From Spongospora subterranea f. sp. subterranea (Eukaryota): a stretch of 64,000 bases of DNA. The translations under genes and the position numbers were made by a program. Where the stretch lies: positions 1 to 64,000 of the forward strand of contig JAUGWO010000068.1 in NCBI GenBank assembly GCA_049724395.1. Reading direction: 5' to 3'. Of the stretch, positions 1-11,837 are shown piece by piece (positions within the stretch are counted from its first letter, which is position 1; every line of letters begins with the position of its first letter). The notes under the pieces are model-generated. The model did not search any database, was not told the origin of the DNA, and saw only the letters and a list, made by a program, of their open reading frames with translations.

Positions 1-11
1 AACAATCATTT

Positions 12-176
12 TTGGCGGGCTCACCGTCGGTGAGATATGTTTTTCGAGTGCTGCTAGTTTTTAAAGGACAATATTTGGAGTACCGGTTTGCATTGGCGGG
101 CTCACCGTCGGTGAGATATGTTTTCCCGAGTGCTGCTAGTTTTCTTAAGGACAATATTTGGAGTACCGGTTTGCAT
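12..176. repeat. Tandem duplication of an ~81-bp unit upstream of the mariner ORF
   Basis: TTGGCGGGCTCACCGTCGGTGAGATATG...TACCGGTTTGCA occurs at 12-92 and 93-176 with few differences. Each unit contains the near-palindrome CTCACCG-T-CGGTGAG. Confidence 0.9.
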
Positions 177-179
177 CAA

Positions 180-1412
180 TGGAAGACAATGGGAACTTGG
201 ACAACAGAAGGATTGGTTGGGAGGGTAAACAACTGACTCCTGAACAACGGCGAAATGTTTACGAGTTTATGCTTGAACGCACGGTTGATGGAAAAACCTC
301 CGGTATGGCGCTATGAAAGCTGCTGCAACCGAGTTCTTGATAACGCGGAAGGTTTTTCGAGGAGACGGAAACGAAATGCGATAGGTTCAGTCATATTTTA
401 ATGATCCCCTTGAGGCTTCGGTGCAACATTCGATGGATGACGCATCAAACATTGGGTGGCCACTTTGCATGGTCGTATCAAGGAGGGGATTGTAAAGCCG
501 AACACTAATGCTGTGAAGCCTTTCCTGACCGACGCGCAACAAAAAGCTCGACTCCAGTATTGCTTGTCAATGTTGGATCAAGGAAGTGTTGCTCTTGATG
601 CCCCACACTTCCAGGATATGTATGATCACGTTCATGTCGACGAGAAGTGGTCCAGATTTCCAAGACGTCTGCCAGGTACTACTTGGCCGCTGATGAAGAA
701 CCACCACACCGTACTTGCAAAAGCAAGAGATTCATTGATAAGGTTATGTTTCTTGCCGCTGTTGCTAAACCTAGATGGGATTTACTCAGGATCTGGCCGT
801 TTGTCGACCAAGAACCTGCCAAGCGAGGAAGTAAAAACAGACCAGCAGACACTTTGGGTAACCAAAAATATTGAATCTGTCAACAAAATCCAGTACTCCA
901 AATTGATGATTGAAAAAGTTATTCCAGCGAGTCGCAGTAAATGGCCCAATTCCGATCAAAGCGTGACCGTTGTGATACAACAGGACAATGCCAAGCCGCA
1001 TATTAGCCCATTGGATACCGCCTTCAACCAGGCAGTCAAGGCGACGGGCATGAATATTCGCTTGACATGTCAGCCACCAAACAGTCCTGACAATAACGTT
1101 CTTGACCTTGGTTTTTTCAATGCAATCCAGGCTTTGCAACACACGAAAGCAATGAATACGATCGATGAACTCATTGCTGCCGTTGATGAAGCTTTCCACG
1201 AGCTCGATAAGGATACATTAAAGAAGGTGTTCTTAACTCATCACTCGTGCATGGACGAAACTATGAAATGCGGAGGTGGAAACAATTATCGGATCCCACA
1301 CGTAAACAAGGATCATTTAATCAAGCAATGTCGACTGCCCGAGTATTTATGCTGCGCAACAGAGACAATTGAGGCAGCGAAGCAGGCAACTTGTAACCCA
1401 ATTGTTCAATAA
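180..1412 (+). mobile_element. Mariner/Tc1 transposase of the DD39D (plant-mariner-like) family, frameshifted
   Basis: Motifs HVDEKW, QQDNAKPH and QPPNSPDNNVLDLGFF are present, with 39 residues between the 2nd and 3rd Asp, plus a C-terminal GGNNYRIPH. The conserved KVMFLAAVAKPRWD...IWPFV...SKNRPA block lies in another frame (647-874), so there are two frameshifts. Confidence 0.9.
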
Positions 1413-1607
1413 AGAGTCAGAATAAGTGCTCGGGCAGTCGACATTGTCTGATTATATGATTTTTCTATAGAGTACATCGTCTCACCTGCTCATTGGATTG
1501 TGCCATTCATGCACAATGCTCCCATTATTTCCGAACAAAAGCCGCGTACAATGCGTTTACCGCAGCCTCCTGGTGTACACAACGGCAGTAACGACAGTTC
1601 GGAGCAC

Positions 1608-1760
1608 TGTTACGAACACCGGGAACAGGAACAGGAAACGGCGACGACAATCAACGGATAACACAGATCTACACTCTTTATTTGGAGGTAATCCAGAATG
1701 ACCTACCCCTGACTGCGCACGCCGTAACTGACAGGAATATTGCCTGGAATATTCCCGACA
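1608..1760 (-). repeat. Putative 3' LTR (~153 bp)
   Basis: On the minus strand it begins TGTCGGGAAT right after the PPT, contains AATAAA and ends CGTAACA (TG...CA termini). No matching 5' LTR is visible. Confidence 0.65.
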
Positions 1761-3000
1761 TTATCTTCCCTTTGCTTGTTTTCATCTCCCCGGTCCCGTA
1801 AAGGTCCCGACTTATTGGGTTGATTCTTGTGGAATTCCAGGATATGTTCCTTTAATGCATCTGCTGCTCCTAAAATCCGAGCTGGCTCCCAAGACCGGTC
1901 TGACGTGGAATAACCCTTCCAATGAACTAAGTACTGTAGCTGGCCCCTGAATACTCTCGAGTCTAACACTTGCTCGACCTCGAACAATGTTGCATGATCG
2001 TCGTATCCTGAATCGATGAATGCTGTCTCGACAAACAACTTTCAGACTGGGGACTTTGTTGGGTAATTTTGGGTCCCAATGGTGTTGCAGAATTGTTTTT
2101 GAACTAAAGATGTTGCTGAAATACATAGTGTTGGGAAAACATGCGGTGTTGCTTGATATTCAAATGTATTGCTAGTGGTCGACCTGGCACGCCCTACGAC
2201 CAGCGCGACCTACAGCATTTCCCTGCTTCCGGCGATCACATCCCGCAATACTAAGCCCCAAGCTCCGCAATACAAACACAACTGGTGCTCGAGCGCGTCG
2301 ATGATCATTGAAGCGTTTTCGTTTTGTCTTGGCGGTGCAAAACGATAGCGCGCTTCACCTCGCCCGGATCGCACCTGACGCCGTTCTTCCAGCCTAGCGT
2401 CAATACGTATGGCCAATGTGATAAGATCCTCCAGGTCTACAGGTAACGGAACCATTGCTAAATCGTCTTTCACGTCTTCATTTAACCCCTTCCTGAAACG
2501 ATGAGCCCTGGCTTGTTCAATCCATGCTGTGTCGACAGCGAGCATCCGAAATTCGGCCGCATAAGTCGCCGCTGAGCGCCGCCCCTGACGAATGCTCTCC
2601 AACTTGGTCTCCGCCGAACGTGTGCGGTCCGGATCGTCCAAAAGTTTGAACCGTCGTGTGAACTGCTCCCAATCGTGCAAAACAGCATCGTTCACTTCCA
2701 TCAAAGGCGATACCCAGTCCAGTGCAGGCCCCTTCAATAAGCTGACCAGGAAACCGACCCGGTCTGTGTCGGACCAATGCCTATTTGACGGAAGATTCAC
2801 CAAAAGGTTTACCTGATTGAAGAAGGCACGGAAGCTGGCTCGATTCCCATCGAATTTCTTTGGGGTCGCCAGTTTTGGACCAGCGTTCGAGCTCTGCGCC
2901 CGTAGTTCACCCAATTGTCGCACTTCCTGTGCAACATCTCGATCTCTCCCTTCCCGTCGTCTTGATGGGCTGGGTAACGAGTTTATGATAAATAACGGAA
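1608..3000 (-). mobile_element. Internally deleted Ty3/gypsy chromovirus LTR retrotransposon (gag, protease stub, chromodomain, PPT, 3' LTR)
   Basis: Gag (PKKFDGNR..., LKGPALDW, FRKGLNEDVKD, LCLYCG) at 2210-3037. Chromodomain (FEVEQVLDSR...QYLVHWKGY...SWEP) at 1703-2038. Purine tract AAAGGGAAGATAA at 1761-1773 directly abuts the LTR. RT, RNase H and integrase core are absent. Confidence 0.88.
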
Positions 3001-3030
3001 TGCAGATTCTAAACGGGCGACTTGAAAAGC

Positions 3031-3087
3031 AGGGCATATTCGCAGGTCATTTTTCAAAACCGCGCGGATGCTCTGCGAATATGCCCT
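3031..3087. repeat. Perfect 15-bp inverted repeat (hairpin)
   Basis: AGGGCATATTCGCAG (3031-3045) and CTGCGAATATGCCCT (3073-3087), with a 27-nt spacer. Confidence 0.85.
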
Positions 3088-3451
3088 ATAGGCAGATTTT
3101 AGCTCTTGGACCGATTTTGGATGAGCAGTCTAAGGCCAATATTTGAGACGACTTCATTGTCAAATAGGGCGAAGATACTCCCTCATCGCTGCAGCCAGAT
3201 GATGGTGTACTGCCAGAAGAGAAAGAATCCTCTTTCGTTTTACCGTTAAAACCGTTTGACAGGACTTTACAGGATAATTGGAAACGTTCGGTGCTGTCGT
3301 GATTCGCTTTTATGTGTTTGTGATGTTTGTCAATCTTGGGAAATCGACTTTCGTTGGTATCGAACATAACACCGTCCACAACAGAATTGGTGAGAGAAAA
3401 ATTTATTGAATGATTGGATTGGTGGCCAACTGGATGGACGATGCCGAGTCA

Positions 3452-4593
3452 TCACGGGACATATACGTTTTCGTATTGGGTTGGGCCTCCAGATCCTTTA
3501 CAGATTGGTGTGTCACACATCGAATAACACTCATTGATAGTGACGAACTTGTAGTGATTCTCCTTGAAGTAATTAATGACCTGGGTTAGGACAGCTGTAA
3601 CAGAATGGCGACACAGTCAGATCATGACTTGTGATTGCAGTGACCCAGTGATGATGTTACTTTTTCTCATGCCGGAGTAATAGTCGTGCATGAGAATAAC
3701 GGCCGAGTTGCCCACGCCAACGTTTTTTTCGAATCTTTGGATGACACGATCGGCAACGACCTGTGGACACCAGACAGTTGAGCATTTGTGGGGCAATATC
3801 CTGGGGATTAATCAGTGATGGGGTACTTTGGGGTCGAGGTTTGCCTCGTCGTCGGTATCGTCACTCTCCACATTCCACATTGATATGATTAGGCCTGAAC
3901 ACACGTTTGAGTGCAGAAAATTTACAATATAATTGAGAAAACTAGCTAAACCGTTGAACAAGTTCACTGAATAGCGATTCCCGCGTGATCAGCATCAAAT
4001 GCATCCTTTGAATACAATGGACATCGTCCAAATCAAAGTTGAACCCAAACGAAGGAACAAGCCAGATACACTAGATATAGTGCGATATCACCAAATATTG
4101 TTCTAGTAACTAATTTCTAAACAAACTCACCGAATTCGTCGGTTATGTGCTGTAACTGCTCTGGGAGGAGTTCTCCATAAGGAGGGCGGAAATACCGAGG
4201 TTCATGTTCGTACTTGGTGCATCTCTGGACCCATTCTATCGATTCCCGCATCTCAGCATCAATCGCATCTGTCGCCATCTCCGGCAGATGTCCATGATCC
4301 ATGGTGTGCAGTTCCACTTGATGCCCTTCGCTCATTATTCTGTACGCCAAGCTGCACAGTTGGTCATCGTCGTAACCTCGGGCTCGTGGTGCCGTGAAAA
4401 AAGTTGCAGGGACTCCAGCTGCGCTTAGTTCAGCCAGAACAGTATCATCGTATAGGAGATCTGGACCGTCGTCGAGAGTTATCGCCACGACCCGGGTCCC
4501 GTTACCACACGACGAGAGCGCCCTGATGTCTGCACCTAGTGCAAACCCGATGGCGAACACAAACAACCATAAACATACGAACGATGTCGCCAT
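3452..4593 (-). CDS. Secreted polysaccharide/chitin deacetylase (CE4, NodB domain), multi-exon
   Basis: Signal peptide MATSFVCLWLFVFAIGFALGA. CE4 motifs TLDDGP, HTMDH and RPPYG in exon 1. Downstream exons give WNVESDD (~3850-3890), ILMHD (~3685-3700) and YKFVTINEC...YVP* (stop at 3452). Confidence 0.85.
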
Positions 4594-6182
4594 CTTGAAC
4601 AATGAAGCTTTGAGAGAGTTCAAATCCCTGGAGCAGGTCGACAGAAATGTTTGGATTAGAGTTTGCAAAAACAAGTTGAGGACGGAGACCGACGATTGCT
4701 ACTGTATGGCGATATCGGGGCAGTTGTCACTGAACTGATCAGCGAGATGGGAGCACTATCGAATGAGACGATGAATTGGGAATGAATGTAATCGACAATT
4801 TCTGAGGCACGAACCTGTCCGAAAGGCAAGGAATGCGTTGCATTGTACGCGTACGACTGAGGTGGTCACTCAAATGGTCAAACATCCAGAACAAACTCGA
4901 AAATATCTTCCTAGTTAAAACTCTACCATTCTGTTCAACCCCTATCAAACCCTCAAAACAAGTTAACCACTCTGATACCCGGGCAATCAGTTGCCTGCTA
5001 ACAAGTCTCGTGTATGAGTTTCGTCTAGCTCAATTCTCAAGCGCTCATCAGCTGTCTTGGTGATTCGCCATCGGATTCCCACCGGATCATATCGTCTAAT
5101 AACCACATGAATGGTGTGGAAGGACCCGATGATTCTCGTTGATATTCTGGTTTGATCTTGACCTCAACAGTTACATGGAAAGATCTAATTACCTCAACAT
5201 TAAGTGCACTGTTTGTGGGTTTGCCATCGACGCTAAAGTTTTGATTCTGTCATCCATTCAGCCACCAAGAGTTTATTCATTCTTGGGTCGAGCGGCCGGT
5301 TCCCGGGATGTATATATATATGGAACATTGCTGTTGGATCAATATTTACATCACTGCAACAAGCACGGTTGGCACTGCCACCTCAAAACCGCTTTATTTC
5401 AGATGACGACCACAATCAAATCATGAAACTTGGCGCTGAAACGCTTTCAAATCATGAAACTGATCGAACATCACTTCCTATCTCTTCAAGGAGTATCTAC
5501 TGGTTATCACTATTCATCGTTCGTCTTTGGGTCTTTTCGACTTCTTATCGCCATTTGTTGTGTGCTCAACTCTGTCTCCTGTAGCAGATCAAATATTTTA
5601 TGTTGAAGCATCAACACCTTCTTTAAATGTTTGTCAGTCATTTCTATCAATGGTCAAAGACGTAGAGCAGTTGTCGATGTTAGTCTGAAAGAACTTCGCG
5701 TTACGGCTAAAGGAATATCATCCGATTTCTTCAAGACAAGAACTTACTTGACTTTGGGGTACATCATTTCAGCAGCTCGCATCAGGCTTCAATTCGTGGG
5801 AACTCATGCGATATTCCACCAAGAGTACAAATCTGCTGTACCAGCCATCTTCAAAGCCTGCATGCCCCAGAAGATAATCAATCCAAATTATTACTGAATG
5901 ATTCAATAAATAAATGAACAAAAAACTCATTAAGTCGCAGAATGTAAAACACCCTGAATTGATCATCTCAATGTGAATACACCAAATCTTGTCATGAACT
6001 CAGAACACTTTCTTGACATTGCCGCGCCTAAGTATTATCCAAAATCCGTTGAAAGCATCGAGAATGAACCAATATTTTGATTTTGCTAAATCCTGAGTAA
6101 TGGATTCTAAAATCGGCATTGCACTGCAGTAGGTTGACCTAGACCATTCACTCCTCGTAAATCCACACACAGTATCTGTTAT

Positions 6183-6488
6183 TCATTTTGCGTCCAGAGG
6201 GCGGATTCGCCAGGGATTCCTCACTGTCACTACATGGACCATCGTTTGAGGATGACGAATGAATACGTCATCGCGGTGTCTTGGTTGGGTCGAATACATC
6301 AGATATGCCTGATCCTGTATGCCATCCAATGAATGCCATCGTAGGACTGGTGTCTTCATCCCATCTGGGCCGTCACGCACGAACACGTGCCAGGAAAAAT
6401 GGGTTCTGCCACAGATTGTGTAGAGCAAAGCGGCAACAACATACTCTTTCTCCCCGACCCGAATGTATCGGACGGGCTTTTGGATCAT
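6183..6488 (-). other. Fragment resembling the His-box of a papain-like/USP-type cysteine peptidase
   Basis: The pattern EYVVAALLY...THFSWHVF...WHSLDG resembles the Y-x-L-x-A-V...H-Y...W...DD strand pattern. No catalytic Cys box was identified. Confidence 0.25.
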
Positions 6489-8216
6489 CGATGAACAATC
6501 GTCAGCTGGAACAAGCGACGGTTAGCACAATAGGATGAGAAATTACTTAACGGGGTAGGTAATGTCGCGTTCCAGCACAGCTGAACATTTCCCCGATTAC
6601 GGTGAAGTCATTGCTGAGCAAGGCTCTAGGTCGAAACGCCTTCAAGGGTTTGTCGGCCGTGTGCTCTACCGTGGCTCTAATGTGCCTAGAATTTGTCGAT
6701 AAACGACACAACCAAGGAGGATAATAACACTCTGTTTATTCGTAAGGGTCTGTAACCACATCATGGCGCAGGATCGCTGCGGGCGCAACATCGCCGTCTT
6801 AGATGGCGACAGGAAAGGCAAGGACAATTCAGTTATCGATATTGTCGAACAATTGAGTCAACTCCTCACCTCAGTGTTTTAAGTCGCGTCTGATAACACC
6901 GGACAGTCAATAGAAAGATCATGAAGCGATTCCCAAGAAGTTTCAATATCGTCAAACACAAGCCAGGAAATGTAGATTTCCCACTGGTTGTTGCTCGATT
7001 TTTATCTAAAGCAAGAACATCATCGATTTCTCGATCGTCAATGTGACGAAAATGCTTCTGGGGTGCGCCTACGAAAACGGGCAGCTCATCAGCCCTGAGC
7101 GAGTGCAAGAACTGATGACCAGCGTCTTCCAGCCTGCACCGCCGCTGGTTGTACCAATATCCAATCAGACATCATTCACGTCAGGGGAGACATCTACTTC
7201 GTCGCTGCGGCCAGACATACCGATTCGATCATTTGCGGCTAGTGGCTCTAATTCGCCAACTATTGCCGCCTTCTCCTCAATCATCTTTCCCCATCGACAA
7301 CCATCGTATGTGAGTGAGTCCACGCCTGGCTAGGTGAAGTTATCTGACGCCTTCAAAATCCAGCTGGATACACGAATGCCCTTGTGGAAGCCTGCGACTT
7401 CTCCGAACGATCTCGTGTTCCGAGGGGTAATACGACAAAATCGTGTCGACCCCCGCCATCCCCAACGACATGCCCAATGAACGGTGAAGTGGTCCCTGCA
7501 AATGCGACAATGAAAGCAGTCAACCGGACTGACATTGTTGAAATACACCGTTTCGGTATGCATTCACCACCGGCGACCGCACCCGGTTCGCGCCGATATT
7601 AATGCTCGGTTACAATGATCGGAAACGGTCCTCACCGCGCCTGAAGATCGCCCCAAGAACCTCCAGATCGGCACCGTCACGCGTCCTTCGATGAGCTCCA
7701 TTCATCCTGCGTACACGAATCTCAGCCGCTTATCTCATGCAAAAAGATTCTAACTGCCAATTTGCCACACCACATGAATGGAAAACCAGCAACACCGATG
7801 GGGACTACATCATTACGGGACACTAATTGCAATAGATGAATTCACTCTGATAAATAGCAACATTATAACAATACTTGATCAATGTGAGGAATGCGTTATG
7901 GACCGAAACAGGTCTCATTCAAGTTAACTGAAAACGAATCATTGATGAACAAAATTGAAACACCAATAGTGTCCTTAACTCAGCCGAACAATTATCTGTT
8001 TAACTGGGGAGATCGAACTAGACCAACACACAATGCAGATAATAAAAAACAGGACCAGTGAATTACTGCAAGAACCGGAAAGCTTAGCATTGTCACAAGC
8101 GATACCACCAACAGAAGTCTACAACATCGGATAACTAGAGAGAATGAATCAATCCAATGTTTAAACCAGCACCGGTATGTGCAACCGCACAAATAATACC
8201 AGAATCAACGTCAGCT

Positions 8217-8655
8217 TCAACTCACTCCGATTCCCTGGTCACAAATGAGTCCGATGGCGACCCGATCGTCAAACTGTCGCCATAAGAAATTCCCAGAGTG
8301 GTTCATGTTTATCAGCGTGTCGCCGTTCGTAGTTCGATATGATTCGGACATCTGCCTTGGTGTCGTCAACAATGATGAGGTGGCCTGCTGGTTGGCTTGG
8401 ACATTTCTGAGCAGTTGCGCGGCGACCGCCAACTCTTTTTGTAGAGTAAGGTTAGTTTGCCGCTGTTGCTGGCAGGCCTCCATCAGTTGCTCGTTTGAGA
8501 AAGGAGAATCGACGTCCATCGGAACGGAAAACAAAGGAACAAAAAGAACAACAACCACAGAACAGGAAAACTGAGACCAGGAAACACAATGGAACACCAC
8601 AGGAACCACTCCGGACAGAAAAACAGAAAGCTGGGAACGGATTTCCGGATTACAC
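8217..8655 (-). mobile_element. Possible 5' leader and gag N-terminus of another LTR element, back-to-back with the gypsy pol
   Basis: A pyrimidine-rich leader starting TGTAATCC on the minus strand leads into a Q-rich coiled-coil ORF (MDVDSPFSNEQLMEACQQQRQ...). There is an abrupt junction at ~8655 with the plus-strand gag end. Confidence 0.35.
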
Positions 8656-11100
8656 CCGATTTAAGCACCAATTGTGTTTGTATTGCGGAGCATCGGGGCA
8701 TCGTCATCGGGGCATCGTATTGTGGGTTGTGATCGCCGGAAGCAGGGATATGCTGTAGGTCGAGTAGGGCGTGCCAGGTCGACCACTAACAATACATTTG
8801 AGAATCAAGCCAAAACCGCCTGTTTCCCAACCTTATATATTTCAGCAACATCTTTGGTTTAGAACAATTCTGCAACACCATTAGTACCCAAAATTACCCT
8901 ACAGAGTCCCCAGTCTGAAAGATTTTTGTCGATGACAGCATTCATCGCTTCAGCAGCAACGTCGATATTCAGGGACAAAACATTTGCGATCAAACACCGG
9001 ATCGGATCAACGGGGCTAGCCATCGCGATTCCTTTGGAAGTCATCGATAGCGAAAGGTTAGAACCCATTACTCGGGTGACACGTTCATACGAGGTGCGAC
9101 TAAATGACATCAGCTTTACTTCAACTTTTATCTCATGCCGGCGTTTCCAATCGTACTGGGCATCAATTGGCTCCGTCAAACTAACCCTGAAATTAACTGG
9201 GGGACAGACGAAATTTGCAAAAGAAATCGGCGCCAGTCATGCAGATGTATCACTGCCACACAGCGGGTATTAGTGAGAATCGTCTTCCAAAGAAATACGC
9301 AGCGTTCGCCGATGTTTTTGACAAATCGGTTGCCGATAAATTACCCGCTCACCGAGAGATCGATTGCGCAATCAATTTCAAGGACGATATCTGTTCGCTA
9401 CCAAATAGACGGGTATACAGCTTGTCGGTTCGAGAACAAGAAGCGCTACTTGAGTACGTCAAAGAAAACTTACTGCCAGGATTCATTCGCCATTTGCAGT
9501 CGCCGCCCCGATTCTCTTCACAAGCAAGAAAGATAAAAGTCTACGCTGATGTCGAATATAGAGAGTTGAATTAAGATAACCAAGAAGGAGCCATACCCAC
9601 TTCCAGTAATCGCAAACATCTTACAACAATTAATTGAAGCGAAGATTTTTGCAAAGATTTACCTTCGGCGGGGAGAGTACAACTTATTTCGAATCAGAAA
9701 GGGGATGAATGGAAACAGCATTCAACTGCAAGTATGGGCATTTTGAGTACACAATGATGCCATTGGGTTTTATGAATGCTCCGGCACATTTCCAAAGACA
9801 TATGCACGAAACCTTAAAAAACACCTCGATCCATGTGTCGTAGTGTACCTTGACGACGATCTCATCTTTTCAAGTTCCGTAGTCGTAGAAGCCCATGATC
9901 GAGACGTCCGTCGAATTCTGCGACGATCGCGAGAAGCAAGGCTGAGTGCAAAATTAAAGAAATGCATTTTCTACTCAACTCAAGTTGAGTATTTGGGGTA
10001 CAACATTTCGACGAAAGGATTAATGATGGACGTTAGGAAAGTTGAAACTATCGTGCATGGGGCGCCTCCGACAAACTTCAAAGGAGCACAATGTTTTTTA
10101 GGATTTGCAAATTTATACCGCGGATTCATCGCAAATTATTCAGAGATTGTGGGACCTTTGGTTGTACTAACGAAGAAGGGCGTAGATTTCGTTTGGTCTC
10201 AGGAATCCGAAGCTGCTTTCCAGAACCTGAAGACTGCGTTTGTGTCAACACCAATACTAGTTCACTATAATCCGGCAGCACCATGTATTCTAGAAGCCGA
10301 CGCGTCTGAATTCGCAATGGGGACTGTTCTATCGCAACCGGGACAAAACGATCAGTTGCACCCAGTGGCGTTGTACTCTAGGAAGTTTACTGCGTCGGAG
10401 ATCAACTACGAAACACACGACAAATAACTATTATTGATAGTGGAGGCGTTCCCACAATGGCGTCACTCCTTGAAGGGTAGTCCACACGAAATACAGATTT
10501 TTAGTGATCACAACAACCTCACACTGTTCTGTACCAGCAAGAGTCTAAATCGAAGGCAAGCCAGATGGTCCATGTTGTTGCAGAGTACGATGTTGTCATT
10601 ATCCACCGAGCGGGAGCACTTTCCGGGAAACCAGACGCATTATCCAGAAGTCCCGAATTCGAAAATCACGCAAATTTTCATCAGTTTTTTTAAAGGAAGA
10701 GGTATTCGGAAACAGAAATCCCTTTAAACTTGACTTTGGGGATGTACTCAGACTTGAAACTGAGATAAAATTACCTGATACATTCGCTTCCAAACCGTAC
10801 GCAGACAGGTGAAGCACTGTCCAGATAAGGGTAGTTAGACCAGTGGCAAGTCGTGGGATGGCATATCTCAAGCTCGCGTGCATTTCGGAATCAACGACTC
10901 CATCGCGTTTCAGGATAGCGTCTCAGAAGATGACTCGGAAGGACCTGCACTTTGGGGAGTCGCTGCTTCGCTCGCTTCTGCGGAAAAATGGGGCTTCAGG
11001 TCGGACAGCTTCCTGGGTTGTGAGATATGCAAAGTCTACAGGAATGATTACGTTCTCTGGAAAGATCGAATCGTAGCAATGGACGCTTCTACAACTTTAG
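8656..11100 (+). mobile_element. Degenerate Ty3/gypsy gag-end and pol (protease, RT, RNase H), truncated before the integrase core
   Basis: LCLYCGASGH zinc knuckle; protease region (IVLGINWLRQTNPEINW); RT (YLDDDLIFS, KCIFYSTQVEYLGY, FLGFANLYRGFI); RNase H (LEADASEFAMGTVLSQ, HPVALYSRKF, EINYETHDK, SDHNNL). Multiple stops and frameshifts. Confidence 0.92.
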
Positions 11101-11364
11101 TGTCGGGAATGTGATGACCAGGTATACTGCAACAAAACATCATTAGTGGACTCTAAAGAGGTACGATTAATACTGAAATCTACCAAGAACATCAAACCAT
11201 ATCTGCCACTCCGATGGATGGCTCGCGTGGTTTGGAAGACATGTCGCCAGATCGGCGTCTGGGAGACATCCATAAGAGTAATAAAACAAGCGATCCAAAC
11301 TTGCGTTAACCGGCGAAACCACAGACTGATCCCTCTGATGTCTTGTGAGTGGACATGACCGACA
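11101..11364 (+). repeat. Putative LTR (~264 bp)
   Basis: Termini TGTCGGGAATGT...ACATGACCGACA form an imperfect inverted repeat (TGTCGG/CCGACA). Internal AATAAA at ~11280. The first 10 nt match the LTR at 1760. No PPT or target-site duplication is evident. Confidence 0.55.
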
Positions 11365-11837
11365 CTTCACTAACATCCTCTTTTACTTGACCACCAAACG
11401 CGACTCGTTTGGTTGCGAAGGCGCCGAGGGGCTCGAACTGGTGGCAACCCGGAGTTAATCAGCGGGCTGGAACCCTCATCCACCGCGCAGTGCAAATATG
11501 ACCTTGCTCATTACAGTGTAGTGTAGTGCGTCGCCAATTAGTGTACCCTAGTGGAGCGAATGTCCAAGCGGAAGTGGTTCAACCGCGCGCGGTTGAGGGG
11601 ATAGGCCGTACAGTGTGTCCCCTCCTCTGTTGCGAGTGCGTCTATTTTAGAGTATTTTCCGACACCTGCCCGTGCAGTGCCCCGCGAACGGACAACCCCC
11701 CCTCCCGCCGCACCCCCTGATCCTGTATGTTGCGAGTGCGTATGTGTACAGTATGTGTACCCAGCGCAACCTGCGGTAATCATGTCACTCTTGACCCCGA
11801 CATTTCTCTCGTATTTTTTATCACATCATCGACAGTT

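Noticed and set aside
1608..11364. The two LTR-like segments as the ends of one element
   Set aside because: They are in opposite orientation, differ in length and share only ~10 terminal bases.
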